The notes beneath the pieces were generated by a model. The model was not told the origin of the DNA, made no database searches, and worked only from the letters and a program-made list of their open reading frames with translations. The position numbers were made by a program, and so were the translations under genes. A DNA stretch of 64,000 nucleotides from NCBI GenBank assembly GCA_000165425.1, contig CT868678.1, forward strand, positions 248,001 to 312,000, given 5' to 3'. Source of the stretch: Paramecium tetraurelia. Its lineage: Eukaryota. Below are positions 1 through 13,037 of the stretch, piece by piece (the stretch's first letter is position 1; each line of letters opens with the position of its first letter).

Positions 1-456
1 CTCATGTTTAACTATAGGATGAACAACATTATTTTCAAGATTAAATTGCACTGATCGCTTCTATTTTATCTTATACTCAGTTTCATTAAGTTTCTCGTTC
101 TTTGGCATGTTCTTATCAAATATCTTCACAGTCACACCCTTCTCTACGTTTGACAGAAGAGATGCATTCGATTTTTAGAAATTAGCAAATGCTTAATTTC
201 TTTGGTATTCCTTATATATTCGATGATGCTAATTGTTTGGAGTGTCCTAAACTTACGGTTTTGGAGTTTATTCGAAATCCTCCTAAAAGAGATTTAATCG
301 AGCTCTCTATGGTTATGATTGAGGAATCTTAAATTTTGGTATTTCTATTTCCATCTCATATTCTTCCTCATGATTTACTTTGGGTTTCTTGAATCCCAAG
401 CCTGTATGGAATGACAATTCATCATCACTACTAAGATCGTCTAGATCAACTTTCAT
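1..456 (-). CDS. Hypothetical protein; 3' end uncertain and may run off the window
   Basis: ATG at 456 opens MKVDLDDLSSDDELSFHTGLGFKKPKV... for >120 codons in ciliate code. A TGA near position 35 may be bypassed by an unresolved small intron. Confidence 0.55.
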
Positions 457-496
457 TGATTTTAATAATTTATATTATGCATATATATTAACTTCA

Positions 497-872
497 TCAA
501 GAAGCATAATACTCCTTGTTTGGTCTTTCTTCTTGCTCCGTCCTTCTCAAGTATGCCAACTCATAAGAGAAATATGCAAACCAAGAAATGCCCATGACTA
601 ACCAAAAAATACCGTCCTTTCTATCATAGTTGTGATCTATTTATACTTATAGTTAATTGTCCAAGGTCTGTAGTCCTCTGGATAAGTGAATTATTCAGTA
701 TAAGCAATTGGTGCTTGTTAACCTGGAGTGAAATTTCTAATACTTAGTTAAGTTTCATATACCTGGGTGGTCTGGACAAGTTGATACTTTTAGTATGGCT
801 TAATCCAATTTGCTCAAGTTTTGAGAGATTGCTTTATCCGTAACGATAAGCTGCCCTTTGTATAAAATTCAT
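497..872 (-). CDS. Small single-TM protein (~107 aa), possibly mitochondrial
   Basis: Two ~26 nt GT..AG introns give MNFIQRAAYRYGQSNLSK...YPEDYRPWTINYKKDGIFWLVMGISWFAYFSYELAYLRRTEQEERPNKEYYAS*. It has a basic N-terminus and one hydrophobic helix. Confidence 0.7.
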
Positions 873-1515
873 TTTAATATTAATATATATGTATTATTAT
901 AAATTATATTAAATACTAATCTCTATATTAATTAATCAAAGGACTACTTCCTTCTAGCTTGGAAGGCAGATTCCTAAATAAAGGTCAATCAAAGATATCA
1001 ATAAGAAAGACCTTACTGAACTGATTTTTGCCTAGTTACTCTAATATAAAGGTAGATTCAAATAGAAATTTAATAATGCATACATAAAATTAATATTATT
1101 ATTTATCTATTGAGGAAAAGTGATCAATATGGTTAATAATGAGTCAACTCCTTATAAATAGATTCAAATTATAACTTTCCACGCTTCATTAATTTATTAT
1201 TTTCCTTTTTTGAAAATTATTAGAATTTAATTTATCCTGATAATAAAATGACAAATGGATGAAAATATTATTTATTTTATACTTTGCCAAAAATATTAGA
1301 AATTTTCTATCGTTAAATTGAGATTTCTTTTACTTATTATTTTCGATGATTCTTAATCTATAACCCAATTGGCTAGTTCTGAAAAATCAATTGTTTCCTT
1401 AGAATACTTAAAATAAATTAATTAATTATTTTATTTTCATAATCCCACTTTCCACAATAGAATAAATATAAATTAATTTAAATACTTTAAATTTTGACTT
1501 TATATATATTCTAGG

Positions 1516-2063
1516 ATAAAATTCAATACAACCTGTAGGTCTGGATAAGAGAGATCAAAGAATTATTCTATAACTAAATTATATAGGAACCCTACTAGAA
1601 ACTTACACCCTTTAGCACATGCCAGAGAATATCAAAAAGCTTTTGTTGCTAAGGAAGTTCAAAAAATATATGCTTTCCCATTTGGGAGCATTGAATTGAC
1701 ACTCCAATAGTGTAAGCTGTATTGAAGCATGCAGATTCAACTTATTAAAGCAGGAGTTCTGATGGAGAGAAATAGGAATCTAGGATATTCAAAGTTGAAG
1801 TACATTAGTTCAATTTAAGTGAGGAATGCAGTGTATAAATAAAATAGATGCACATTAATAAATAGCCAATGGAGTTTCATTTAGTTGAAATGAAGTAGCA
1901 ATTTTTCATCAGGCGAAGACAAGACAATAAATATCTTATGAATAAAAAGAAGCAGAAATATGAAGTAAAGGAATCTAAGAGTAGAAAATTACAAAACACA
2001 GAACCCAAAAATTCAGGCTCAAAAACCAAAGAAATAAATAGGGTTGAACAATTTATTCAATGA
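1516..2063 (+). pseudogene. SOF1: Decayed SOF1/DCAF13 (U3 snoRNP WD40 protein) pseudogene with a large internal deletion
   Basis: ITKLYRNPTRNLHPLAHAREYQKAFVAKEVQKIYAFPF resembles the SOF1 N-terminus. ATA sits where the ATG is expected, with a frameshift at ~1684 and an in-frame TGA at 1697. A WD remnant (IDAHQQIANGVSFS*...SGEDKTI) joins directly to a Sof1-tail-like KYLMNKKKQKYEVKESKSRK...*. Confidence 0.75.
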
Positions 2064-2121
2064 TTTACAAATGTGTTTTAACATAATTTAAAAGTTTAAT
2101 AAGTTGTTAATTAATTTAAAT

Positions 2122-2822
2122 ATGAAGAGAAAACTATATAAATTATCATTGTTTAAGGAAATAGACGAATTTAATCAGAAAGATGATGATGGACACTATA
2201 GTGATGATTCATCTGTCTCTGATGAATTTCTGAACACTACTCTTGAAGCATATTGTATTAAATTATTTTAATATTCAAAGAATCTCAGATCTTTATAAGC
2301 AGTAATCAAACATTTAGTTCGATTCACTCAGAACAACTTCAATTTATTCAAGGAGTATTCGATAAGTCTGAAGAAAGTGAAAAATCAATTGACTTCAATA
2401 TTACAAATGTATGAACTCAAATATTAAATGTAGATTGATGGTGACAATAGAACTACCTTGATGATGAGAAACATCCCTCAAACCTACACCAAAGAAATGA
2501 TTATGATGGAAATAGATCCAAAATTCAAAAACAAATTTGATTATTTCAACTTTCCATTTGATGGTACTTCCAATCCTGGTTATGCCTTCATCAATTTGAA
2601 GTCCAAATCTTATTTAAGAGATTTTTATAGTTACTTCAATGGGAGGAAGTGGAAAAACACTCCATCAAAAAAAGTATTTAATTTCAATATAAATAGCCTT
2701 GCTATTTGAAATACGCCAAAATTTAGCATAAAAAATTCAAATAAATTAACCCTTAGATTTATTTACAATAAAGTAGTGTGATAAAACTGGTCTAGAGTTA
2801 AAAATTACAATGCAATCTGTGA
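2122..2822 (+). CDS. Mei2-like RRM (RRM_2 type) RNA-binding protein
   Basis: DNRTTLMMRNIPQTYTKEMI...FDYFNFPFDGTSNPGYAFINL...FNGRKW...CYLKYAKIQ is the Mei2 C-terminal RRM signature. The gene has small introns. Confidence 0.85.
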
Positions 2823-2898
2823 ATTAGAGTATCAGTTTTTTTCTCTATATATATATATATTGTTTTGCTTTATATTAATATGAATATTTAATGAAATA

Positions 2899-4125
2899 TC
2901 AATTTAATTGTAGTCTCTCTCTTAAATATTCTTTGAGTGTAACAATCTTATCTTAGATGTGATCAGATATCCTTGATATGAGATCTTAGGTCGAAACTCT
3001 GGATTGAGTTTCCATCTAATAGATGTCTTGTTGCTATCTGCACCATTGATCTTGTCCTCCTAAGTTATTCTATTATAAATATCTCCTCTTACCTGATTCC
3101 TCTCTACTTCAACAGCATGATATTCCACTTTTCCTTAAGACTCCTCGATGATGCTTTGATAATTAAGGATAGCTTGTTCTAAGTTCTACCTCTGATCTGA
3201 TCTAAAGATTATTCAACATGGAATGTTACAATGTATTTTTCTCATTTGTTAAGTCTGCCAAAAATTATTACCAATTCAAGCTTTATTGTTTCTCAATAGA
3301 TTCATCACTTCCTTTGCTTTCAACTATTTGGACTCTTAAATTGGCTAACAATTAAAGCACCTTCTTGGCAGTGTCAGAATCTGATTTTGAAGACAATTGA
3401 GTCATCATTGTTAGGATTGGTTAAAACAATAAGCCTGTTGATTGACTAACTATCAATTAAATAACAAAACCTTTATAATCTCTATAGGACCTTATTGAAT
3501 CTTCCCTTAACTTGAATAAACGAAGAACCTCCGGATAAATGTTCAATGAGTGCATAAGCTTCATCAATTGCTGAAATTGCTTCAGTATGATCCTTAATTT
3601 TAGATTAGAATTCTGCATATTATAAATCTCTTTCACTCTGTCCTGCATTGGTTTTCTTTGTATTTTCTTCAATTTCCACAGACACTTCTGCAATTTTGTT
3701 AAGTGATCTTTATAGATTGTTTGTGTTTTCCTAATATGATTATAATTTGTCTAACATCGACTATTTTTTAGTGTGCCTTCAATTGGCTTTGATGATAGGC
3801 TAAATTCGTAGAAAAGTCATGTAATAATCTATTACAAGAAGCTTATGTATTTTAAATGAAGAGATCTGCATCCTTTTGTTCTTACTCTAGCATGAATCTA
3901 AAGTAATGCTTCGTAAATACCTGATATTATTGATATAACTTTGAATTTCATGAACTGGTGAACCAGTGGCAAGACTGATTTGGATAGCATTCAAGAATGT
4001 TTTGCCCATATGATGATCATCAATTTCTGCCAAGGCAATCTTTGGATCTGTACCTGTTTTGCATAATGCCTATTATCCTATTTGAATACTACCAAGCTTA
4101 TTAGAACCAATAATAGTATTTTCAT
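2899..4125 (-). CDS. Trichocyst matrix protein (TMP/GRL)-like secretory granule precursor
   Basis: Signal peptide MKILLLVLISL, then LAEIDDHHMGKTFLNAIQISLATGSPVHEIQSYINNI...EQEQKDAD...SC, a helical body with sparse Cys, ~380 aa. This fits TMP architecture. Confidence 0.75.
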
Positions 4126-4560
4126 TTATTATTATTATTAAAAACGAATATAAATTATAAATTGATTCTTCTGCAAGTGTACTTATGATATGAACCAAGT
4201 AAACATCTTTATAAATCTATAAACCAATAATCATTCATGACTTCTATAATGAATAAATTTTGGAGCAAATCCCTAAAGTGTTCTCTTATATTTGAACTTT
4301 ATGGAAGATTTGAAATTATGCTATTGTTTATAATCTAACTGAAGTATTATTAAAATTATTGTAGATGATATTTTTATATTTGAAGGAAAAAGATATATAG
4401 AATTAATTTTAGCTTAAAGTATTGAATTTACAGCATTTTGATCATATAAAGAAAATGAGAGACTACTAGAGGTTAACTTCTTACTAAAAAGATAAGTAAT
4501 TCAAATATGTAAGTTGTTTATTAATAATATTAAATATTTATATATATTTCATTCTAAATA

Positions 4561-6078
4561 TCAATCAGATTCATCTTCACTAAATGGATAATCAATGTGA
4601 TAAACGTGACTTGAATTTTTATCTTTAACTACTTGTATCTGTTCAGTAGCTTTGAATGAGGTAATGTCAATGGATTTGAACTTCTTAAATTCTTCTGATA
4701 TTGTAGAGACTGATGAATGTTTCAATGAATTTCTCTTCCAGATTTCCCCAGCTCCGAAAAGGAAGCAGAGTTATTTAATTTTTTTAGCATTCATCTGGGC
4801 TTCTTGAGGCTTCCAATTCAAAAACCTAGCCATATTCTTTTCCAATCTATCCCTAGGTAAATTTGATTCATTTTGAGCATTTTTCACCCAAGGATGATCC
4901 AAAGCCTGTTATGGAGTAAGTCTTTTTTGAGGATCAAATTGCAATAAGTTGCTTATCAAATCTTTAGCTTAATAAGAAATCTGATCCCAAATGGGACCAA
5001 CCATTTCATATTTGCATTATTATATCTTGTCGATCAAATCATTTAAATAGTCAGAATTAAATGGTAATTCTCCACTTAACATCACATATAAGATCACTCC
5101 TGCACTCCATAAATCCACTTATTCACTAGATAATTGAAAGGTATTACTTGTACAAACCTCCTGAGAATATCTCTGGTGCTGAAAAGGCAACTGTCCCTGT
5201 GTATGTCCACATCTCGATTTTTCCATGTTCATTCAGATTCCCAAATTCTTTGTATCCATCTGTAAACTTGGAGACCTGAATTAGATTATTGTATAGTGTA
5301 CATTGAAATCAGTAATCTTGATGGATCTACCATCTTCAGCGCATAAAATATTATTTGGTTTCAAGTCTCTGTGACAACAATAGTTTTCATGCATGTAATC
5401 AATTGCCTCCAATACTTATTTGAATAAGATCCTAGCAGTGCACTCTACTCTTATTTATTAAAATACCACTATAATTCTTCTGTTTTTGAATCACTTCAAA
5501 CATCTCGCTACCCTTCACCTTCTCCATTACTACATATACAGTCCCAGTTGATTGGAATCCTTCGTTCCATTGAATGTATAATTCCTCCATTTTTACTATG
5601 TGAGGATGACTCAACTTTTTTAGATTCTTGAATTCCAATATCATCTAACTCATATATGAAGATCATCTACATTCTTCACGATTTCCTCAGCATCTGTTTT
5701 AACTGTCTTACATGCCAACTCCTATCCATCTAGCTTTCTCGTTATACTCTTCACTAATCCAATGCATCCTTCTCCTAAGACCTCTCCTTCTGTATACTTC
5801 TCCCAAAATTCGCTCAGATCAAATTTAATCTATTTATTATCTTCCTCATCTAACTCTATGTTTATTCTATTTAAAAATTATTGTATTTCCTATTCCTTCG
5901 TATTTCCATTCTCGCTTTTATTTATCAATTGTAGCATTTAGCCTAATCAATTATTCAATTAACTCCTACCTTTGAACTTATTCTTAAATTGTTGCAATGT
6001 ATTTTGTTAAGTATTATCAGAAATAGGGGCCCGAGAAAACGAAAACTTACTCTTTCTTCTCTAATTTTATATATCCAT
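4561..6078 (-). CDS. Ser/Thr protein kinase, CAMK group, with DFN in place of DFG
   Basis: Motifs [38 protein letters not shown] and DLWSAGV, with several tiny introns. Confidence 0.92.
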
Positions 6079-6255
6079 ATTTATTTAATAATACTTATAA
6101 AATCAATAATTTCATAAGGTGCTACTATAAATAAAAATCACTTAATAAATTTATCTTAAAACTGAATCTAAACAATCAGTTGTGTTTTAATTTAAATCTA
6201 ATATTATTACCATTATCCATATATTAATAAATATTTTATTTAATTTAATTATTCT

Positions 6256-6687
6256 ATGGGAAGCGTTGAGTGCTGCAAACACTATCCTCGTGTTGATACT
6301 CTCAAATTTGATGATATTGACTCCTCAAGCTAAGAGTCAGTGTTCTACAAGAGAGACGACTAATTTTCACGAAGAGCCAGTTCCCCTGGTCAAGAAGCAG
6401 TCCCTTTATGGGTCAACCAAAGATAGCCTCAGATGTATTAAAAACATGCCTGTGTATCTACTGCCTTATAATCTTACTCATTCAAAACAATCTCATCAGA
6501 ATAGCATTTCTCTAATTTTATAACATTTTAAGCCCTCCAGTCTTCTAGAGATTAGCAATCTAGCAAATTATAGAACGTCCGGCCTAACTATTTAGATGAC
6601 TTAAATGATATTTAAGTTTAATTGAGTTGCGATTTATAAAGCAGTGAATATATTAAACAACCATCACAATATAGAAAAAATATCTGA
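6256..6687 (+). CDS. Small hypothetical protein with an N-terminal MG..CC lipidation-like motif
   Basis: Uninterrupted 143-codon frame MGSVECCKHYPRVDTLKF...RKNI* in ciliate code. Confidence 0.6.
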
Positions 6688-7437
6688 AACCTCATATTTA
6701 TAATTATGTTTATAACTAAATAAATTTAAACACCATAATCAAAGATTGTTTTACTCATTTCCTAAATCAAAAATGTATTTTATATAAAATTTATTAAATA
6801 TATATTTTAAGTAATACATAAATTTATTTTACTTATCAGTCATCTTCCATCAAATCATCCTTCCAATTTAATTAATTATATCACAATACTCACAGTATAT
6901 TTATTTTCTACTTTTTATAATTCTTAATTCCATCTTGTCCAATAATGATTTCAATTATTGTACTAGCTAACATTTAATTTTGAAACTACTATAAAATTTT
7001 AAGTATTAAATATAATTGATTTGATTATGTAAAAATTATTCCTGAATGAGAATCAAACTTTTTCTCTATTAAAATTTTATTTTAATATATCTTAAATCTA
7101 TTGAAGATTTTTAAAGTAAAATGAAATCTATAATTAATTCTTAAATTCTTGTAAAACAATTACTAATAGAAGATAAAAAGATATTAATCCTATATATTCG
7201 CTGAATGATCAAGAGATGAAATATGTAGTTCTGATGATGCATTACTTTCACTAAAAGTAGAAATCAATATCTTTTTTATAGTTAAATTTAAGATTTGATG
7301 AAGGATACCCATACCAATTAAAGGATCAAAAGAGCATAAAGGAATCAAATATTCAATAATATGTATAGTTTAAGTTTATTCTAATAGGGGCTATTTTCAT
7401 TCTAAAAATCTAACCAACGATTATTTAATTAAAATTA

Positions 7438-8782
7438 ATGTCCCAACAGACATCAAAGTGTTCAAACTGTAGAGCTTAAATTGCAGAGACGGTATTTGCA
7501 TTGCATGAAATCTATTGCATTCGTAACAACATAGAATGCAAGAGGTGCGGATAATTCTTTGATAAGAATGACCCATAATCTCATGAGGAAGAATTTCATA
7601 AAGGCACTCCATGTGAATTTTGTAAAGAAATATTCTAAGGTACTTCTTTCTATCAACGTAGATATTTCAAAACACACAAAATGTCTTAAAAAACCTGTCT
7701 AGTGCATACATTGTGGATTAGATTAGACTAAGGATTAAATATTTCAACATGAAAATATTTGCGGTAGCAGAACAGAAAGGTGTGATATCTGCAAGCAATA
7801 CATTATGATTAGAGAATTAACCAAGCATGTAGCTACATGCGTACCTCCAAAACCAAAGGAATAAGTATAAGAAAAATAACCAACTTAAAAAACAGTTGAA
7901 AATAGATAAATTTCATAATAACCCTAATAAATTGCCTAACCACCCAAACCTGATTATAAGAATTTTGATTATAAATATAAACATCAAGTTGAAGCCGAAT
8001 AGGTTAGTAGACCCTAATAATAGGTGTAGGCAAAACATGAAATATTTGGATATGAAAAACCATCACTGCCTTATAGTTAATAATAATCATAATAGTAATA
8101 ATAACAATAGGCATAATAAATTAGATAGCCTATTAATAAGTACGATAAACCCATTGAAGTTAGAGCAGATAATCATTCTTAAAATAGAAAAACTCCATAA
8201 CAATATTACAACCCTAGTTAACAATAATAACAAATTGCAGTCGAATAAAAATATAAGCCCAAAGAATATCCACTTCAACCAACAAATGTTATAAAAAGAT
8301 AAGCATCTGGCAATCAAGAGGTTAGAAATGTTTATCCCTAATAAGAAAAATTAACTGATAAATATTCTTATTAATAGTCAAATTAATAGAAATTACCAGA
8401 TAGAAAGCCAAATGATCAAAGATAATACGATCCTAATTCATACTTAAATAGATAATAGGAGAATAAATACTATGATAATAAATAATTAGAAGTGAGAGGA
8501 ATTGATAAAAAATAATCTGATCAAAATTTACATAGATAATATAGTTAACAACCCTAATAAAAAAAATAGTAAAATTTATCATAACATTTTAGACAATAAC
8601 CAAAAGCTGTTGATGATGATATAGACTACCTTGCTCTTGGTTTGACAAGGGAAGAGATTGAATAATAGAAGGCTTATTTGGAAAGTCTATAGTAATAGAG
8701 AAAACCTTAAGAAGCTTAACTAAAACCTTAAGAATATAAGCCAAGATAGGATTATTATTAGGCAGCAAGAGCATATAAATGA
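7438..8782 (+). CDS. TRAFD1/XAF1-like TRAF-type zinc-finger protein with a Gln-rich tail
   Basis: KCSNCRAQIAETVFALHEIYCIRNNIECKRC...CIHCGLD...HENICGSRTERCDICKQYI...HVATC, followed by Q/P/Y-rich low complexity. Confidence 0.85.
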
Positions 8783-8837
8783 TATTGTTATGTTTATTAC
8801 TTATATAGATATATAGAAAAATGTGCTCAAAATCCAT

Positions 8838-9502
8838 TCATATTTCCTTAGTTAGACGAATTGGTATTGGTTCTGTTAGAATTGAAAGCCTTTAATTAGT
8901 CTAACAATTTAGCATTTTATTGTCGCAGTCCCTCTGTTTCCTTGCACATCAACTCATATTCTCTAAAAAAGTCTTTCTTCTTTAACTACTCTCTTTATTT
9001 TATATTGAGCTAAGTAATTTCCTCTATCTAATTAAATTTATTTTGATACTTCGTCTGATAATTGTTTGATAGTATTTTCAAGATTTTCAATTTGTTCTAA
9101 TCTTTAAATTGGATTCAAGGACCCTCTATAAACATCATATTCGTTATCATCAATTTATTATTGTTATTGTTATTGCGATTATTATTATAGTTAAAGTTGT
9201 GATTAAGACAATTATTGTTAAAGTGAACTAGTTGTGATTCTGAGTTAATTAATTTCAGTTTACAGTTTCTAAGCCTCGTTAATTCTTTGCATCTATTCTC
9301 CTTCAACTTGTTATTTTAAATAGTAGATTTCATCCAATAGCATGCTAAATCTTTTATAATTTTTCGATAGAAATTGTTTTAGATCAAAGAGTGAATTTGT
9401 TTTCTCATAATTGTTGGAATTCTCAATAAAATCTTCCAGATACTTGATTTTTATTTTCAGTTTCTCATTCTCGAAACTATATTGAGATTAATTAATATTC
9501 AT
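8838..9502 (-). CDS. Coiled-coil, Gln-rich hypothetical protein
   Basis: MNINQSQYSFENEKLKIKIKYLEDFIENS... is heptad-like and has a poly-Q tract at ~9150-9200. Confidence 0.6.
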
Positions 9503-10078
9503 TATAATAAATAATTAACAACCCATAAATTATATACGAATTTTGTTCTAATTTATTTAGAAAACTTTCCTAAAAAGATTGTTGTCTATGTGATAGGACA
9601 TTTAATAATTAACTTAATAGATTTCCCTCTGTTGAGCTCTACAAGGTTGATTTGGGTTGCCAATATCTCCTTCGGTTCTATGATCAATTCGTCCTCCTCT
9701 AGTTGTTGTCGCTCCGCCCAGCTACTGATCTACGTGGGATTTTAAAGTAAATGTTTATTCTTAGCTCCTCACAATTGTCTTAATAATTAACAAAAATATG
9801 AGTAAATGAAAATGAATATGAACTAATCGTCCTTCTCTTCCTGAATTCCATAATCATCTCCTAAGATTCCAGAAATTTCAATCTTCAGACTTCAGTTCAA
9901 TAATGTTCACAATTAAGAGATTAAATCATTAAAACGTTAATATATATTATATCCACACTAACTAGACAACAAATGGCCCTCAGCCATTGTCTTTTTTTCT
10001 AATAACAAATGCTATTTACATTTTCTTTCTAATTCACATACTTTAAATAAAGATATATTATTTCTAATTAAATATAAT

Positions 10079-11570
10079 TCATTTTCTTCTAGAACTCTTA
10101 TGGTGATGACTCATTAAAACATGTTACTTCTTTTGAAGATCAACATAAATGCTATTTATTTTATTATCTGTGCTTTCAGACTATATAAATCTGTCATATT
10201 TTTGTTTATATTCCTTCTATTTAGACTAATAAAGAGGAACAGTTTATTTCTATTACTACTAAAATCTCTGATCAAGTAAATTTAATGATTCTGAAACTTT
10301 AAAATTTTATTCTCCTTAAACTTGTGGTAAAGTTATTTGGGGTTATTCTGTCTAGGGAGGCTAAGTATTGAGTCCCTCATCAGGAATATCAAATTATGAC
10401 TTATTTTGAATTTATTGATCTGATGGAGACTCTTCAGATAAAGGCATCTAAACTTCATATTGTCCCAACTCCTTGAATTAATATAAATCATGAAGACTCT
10501 CTTAATGGTTGTTAAGTACATAATTCAATTCCAACATTTCTTTAAATAAAGGATCTACCTTTGCAAATTTTTAATAATACTCCTTTGGAGGAGCTCTCAA
10601 ATTAAACTTGTCTAAGATATTCTAAGTATATTTGATGTCTTATTTTTTTTAGACTTAAGGTTGATTGTTAAGCAATCCAACAAATTTAAGTTTTTCATCT
10701 GACTTTTCAAAATTATGCTAGAGCATCTTTGGTCTTGAAAATGGAACTTGAGGTTTGTTCATATGTAATACTAGTTTTACTGAGGGAGAAACTTGATTCA
10801 CATTTAGCTATAGATGAGAAAGTAAATATTTAGTTTACGCTGATACTTACACATTCTGGTCTTCAAATTATTCAATTTTAGTAGAATCTTTTCGTTATAT
10901 TTTTTGTGGCTTCAATTTTTCACTTAGATGTTTAGCAAATGTTAATCCATCTCCAGATAAATTAGGAAACATAAGTTTCCTACCTAAAAATGTTTTTTCC
11001 TGAGCCTTTCTCTTTTATTCCAACTTCTTTTACATTATTATCTGATCTTAGATTCTTTCATACTCTAAAAATTTAGATGTGAAAATTTTATCTATTTATC
11101 CTCTTATATATGCATCCGAAACATATAATCCATTGGAGTAAAATATCAGAATATGATAACAATCATATACAAATCTTCAATTATTTTTAAAAACTACCTA
11201 ATGTTCACTTGTTCCTTGTATTATGCGTCTTTCCATAAATACCAATGAATATTATAGGTTATTAAGAAAAGAATATAATTGATGATCTCATCTTTTGGTT
11301 AAGGTAATTATGCGAATAGCTTAACGTATGTTTTTGAATATTTATCCTTTAGTTGTGTAGCTCCACCTCGAAATTTTAAGTCAAGGACTTATTTTAATTT
11401 ATAACTTTACTTATGTCTATGCCAATTAATGTTAACTTTGAAACTCGTTTCAGCTAAAGACTTTAAAGAACTTTATTCTTAAGCTAAACGTTTTCAATAT
11501 TTTTTAATATCCCATTTTCTATGATCTATTACATTTAACTTTGTAATTCTTCTTCTGGGTTATTAGACAT
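10079..11570 (-). CDS. Hypothetical protein, possibly FAM227-like
   Basis: After small introns it reads YSKTYVKLFAQLPQPKDEII...RFVYDCYHILIFYSNGLYVSDAYIRGQIDKIF...NVNQVSPSV. The FAM227 resemblance is from memory. Confidence 0.5.
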
Positions 11571-11702
11571 TTTTTTGTTAAAAATTAATTAAATAATCTA
11601 TATATATATAATAATAATAAACTGATCTAATTAGAAAAATAGGTTAACTATTAATAACGTTTTCCAATCACTTATTTTATTAATAATAAATCATTTCCCA
11701 AT

Positions 11703-12877
11703 TCATTCCAAATAATCAATACATTCATCATTTATGCATCTATATAGATTGAATGCTGTTTTACTGTCAGATAAACAAGAGACATACTATAAAATGAAAA
11801 ATAAATTATTACTCCTGAGATACCCTCATCATCTGCAACAGATTTACAATTTTACATAGCAGGTACGCAACCAGAATCTTTAGCACAGGCATTCACCTAG
11901 CTAGTGCATTCCCATTCTAAGCATTATTTGAAATCAGCAGGTTCTTCACCTTCTTCACCTTCTTCAGCTAATTCTCCATAACCATCTTCTCCTCCTTCTC
12001 CTCCTTCTTCACCTTCTTCGCCTTCATTATTACTTTCGCTATCACTTTCACCATCGCTATCACTATCGCTATCGCTATCACTATCGCTATCACTGTCGCT
12101 ATCACTGTCGCTATCGCTGTCGCTATCACTGTCGCTATCACTTTCACTATCACTGTTTTTTTCGCTATCACTATCGCTTTCGCTTTCACTCTCCTTTTCG
12201 CTATCACTTTCACTCTCCTTTTCGCTATCACTTTCACTCTCCTTTTCGCTATCACTTTCACTCTCCTTTTCGCTATCACTTTCACTCTCCTTTTCACTAT
12301 CACTTTCACTCTCCTTTTCGCTATCGCTATCACTCTCTTTTTCGCTATCTTTATCACTTTCACTTTCGCTGTCTTTTTCGCTATCATTATCACTTTCTTC
12401 TTCTCCTTCTTCAGTTTTAGGCTTTTTATCTTGGGTTGTGTCTTACTTACCTTTGGATTCAGTTTAACCTTGATTAGGTTTAAAAATATTTATACCTTAA
12501 TCAGATTTTGGATTACTGTCTTTGGATGGGGTTTTATTTTAATCTCCTTTTGTATCTGTTTGGCCTTATGTTTTACCTGATTCAGGTTTAGGAGGTTCAT
12601 TTTTTCCTTCACTTGAATCAGATTTTGTGCCTGGCTTGGTTTATTCAGCCGTTGGAGTTTTATTTGTAGTAGGTTAGGTTTAACCTGACTATGTTGCAGC
12701 AGCAGCTGCAGTTTCTCCAAATACCATAGCTTCCTCAAGTTCACTAACTTTACTGCTAGATTAAATAAAAATGTGCTACTCTTTTTATTAATCAATAGAT
12801 GGGTAGTCTCTTCTCTCCTCCACTTGTCGAGCTAGAAGAATTGTACATAAACACAAGAATAGGGTTAGCGTTTTCAT
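11703..12877 (-). CDS. Secreted protein: signal peptide, Ser/Asp/Glu-rich repeat spacer, C-terminal 8-Cys domain
   Basis: [16 protein letters not shown]...(SDSESEKE)n(SD)n...[67 protein letters not shown], with an intron at 11787-11812. Confidence 0.8.
11940..12410. repeat. Coding tandem repeats: 24-nt SDSESEKE units, 6-nt SD units and EEG units
   Basis: Repeated tcactctccttttcgctatcactt and ctatcg/ctatca units are directly visible. Confidence 0.9.
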
Positions 12878-13037
12878 AATTAAAATAAATTTATAAATAG
12901 TGGATAATCTTTTCACGGTTAACTAATTTATATCTTAATTAAGAATTGTTGGTTTAAACACTTAATTTCAACGTACATAAATGTTTTCATTTTTTCACTA
13001 TTATATGATATGAATTTGTTTAAATTTAAAATTATTT

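Noticed and set aside
940..1040. Short hairpin (CTTCC..GGAAG) as an ncRNA
   Set aside because: The stem is short and has no recognisable tRNA, snoRNA or snRNA motifs.
1690..1800. In-frame TGAs as selenocysteine or readthrough
   Set aside because: They co-occur with frameshifts, a lost start and a deletion, and one replaces an expected Gly, so decay is the simpler explanation.
7896..8317. Asn-rich and Leu-rich ORFs in the track
   Set aside because: They are alternative frames of the Gln-rich (TAA/CAA) tail of the TRAF-type zinc-finger gene.
9560..9930. GC-richer coding-like minus-strand stretch
   Set aside because: I could not build a consistent frame because TGAs occur in the frames tried. 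It may be a remnant, but I cannot support a call.
11968..12393. ORF-track protein with VIAKRRVK repeats
   Set aside because: It is an off-frame reading of the SDSESEKE repeat. The real frame links to the signal peptide and Cys domain.
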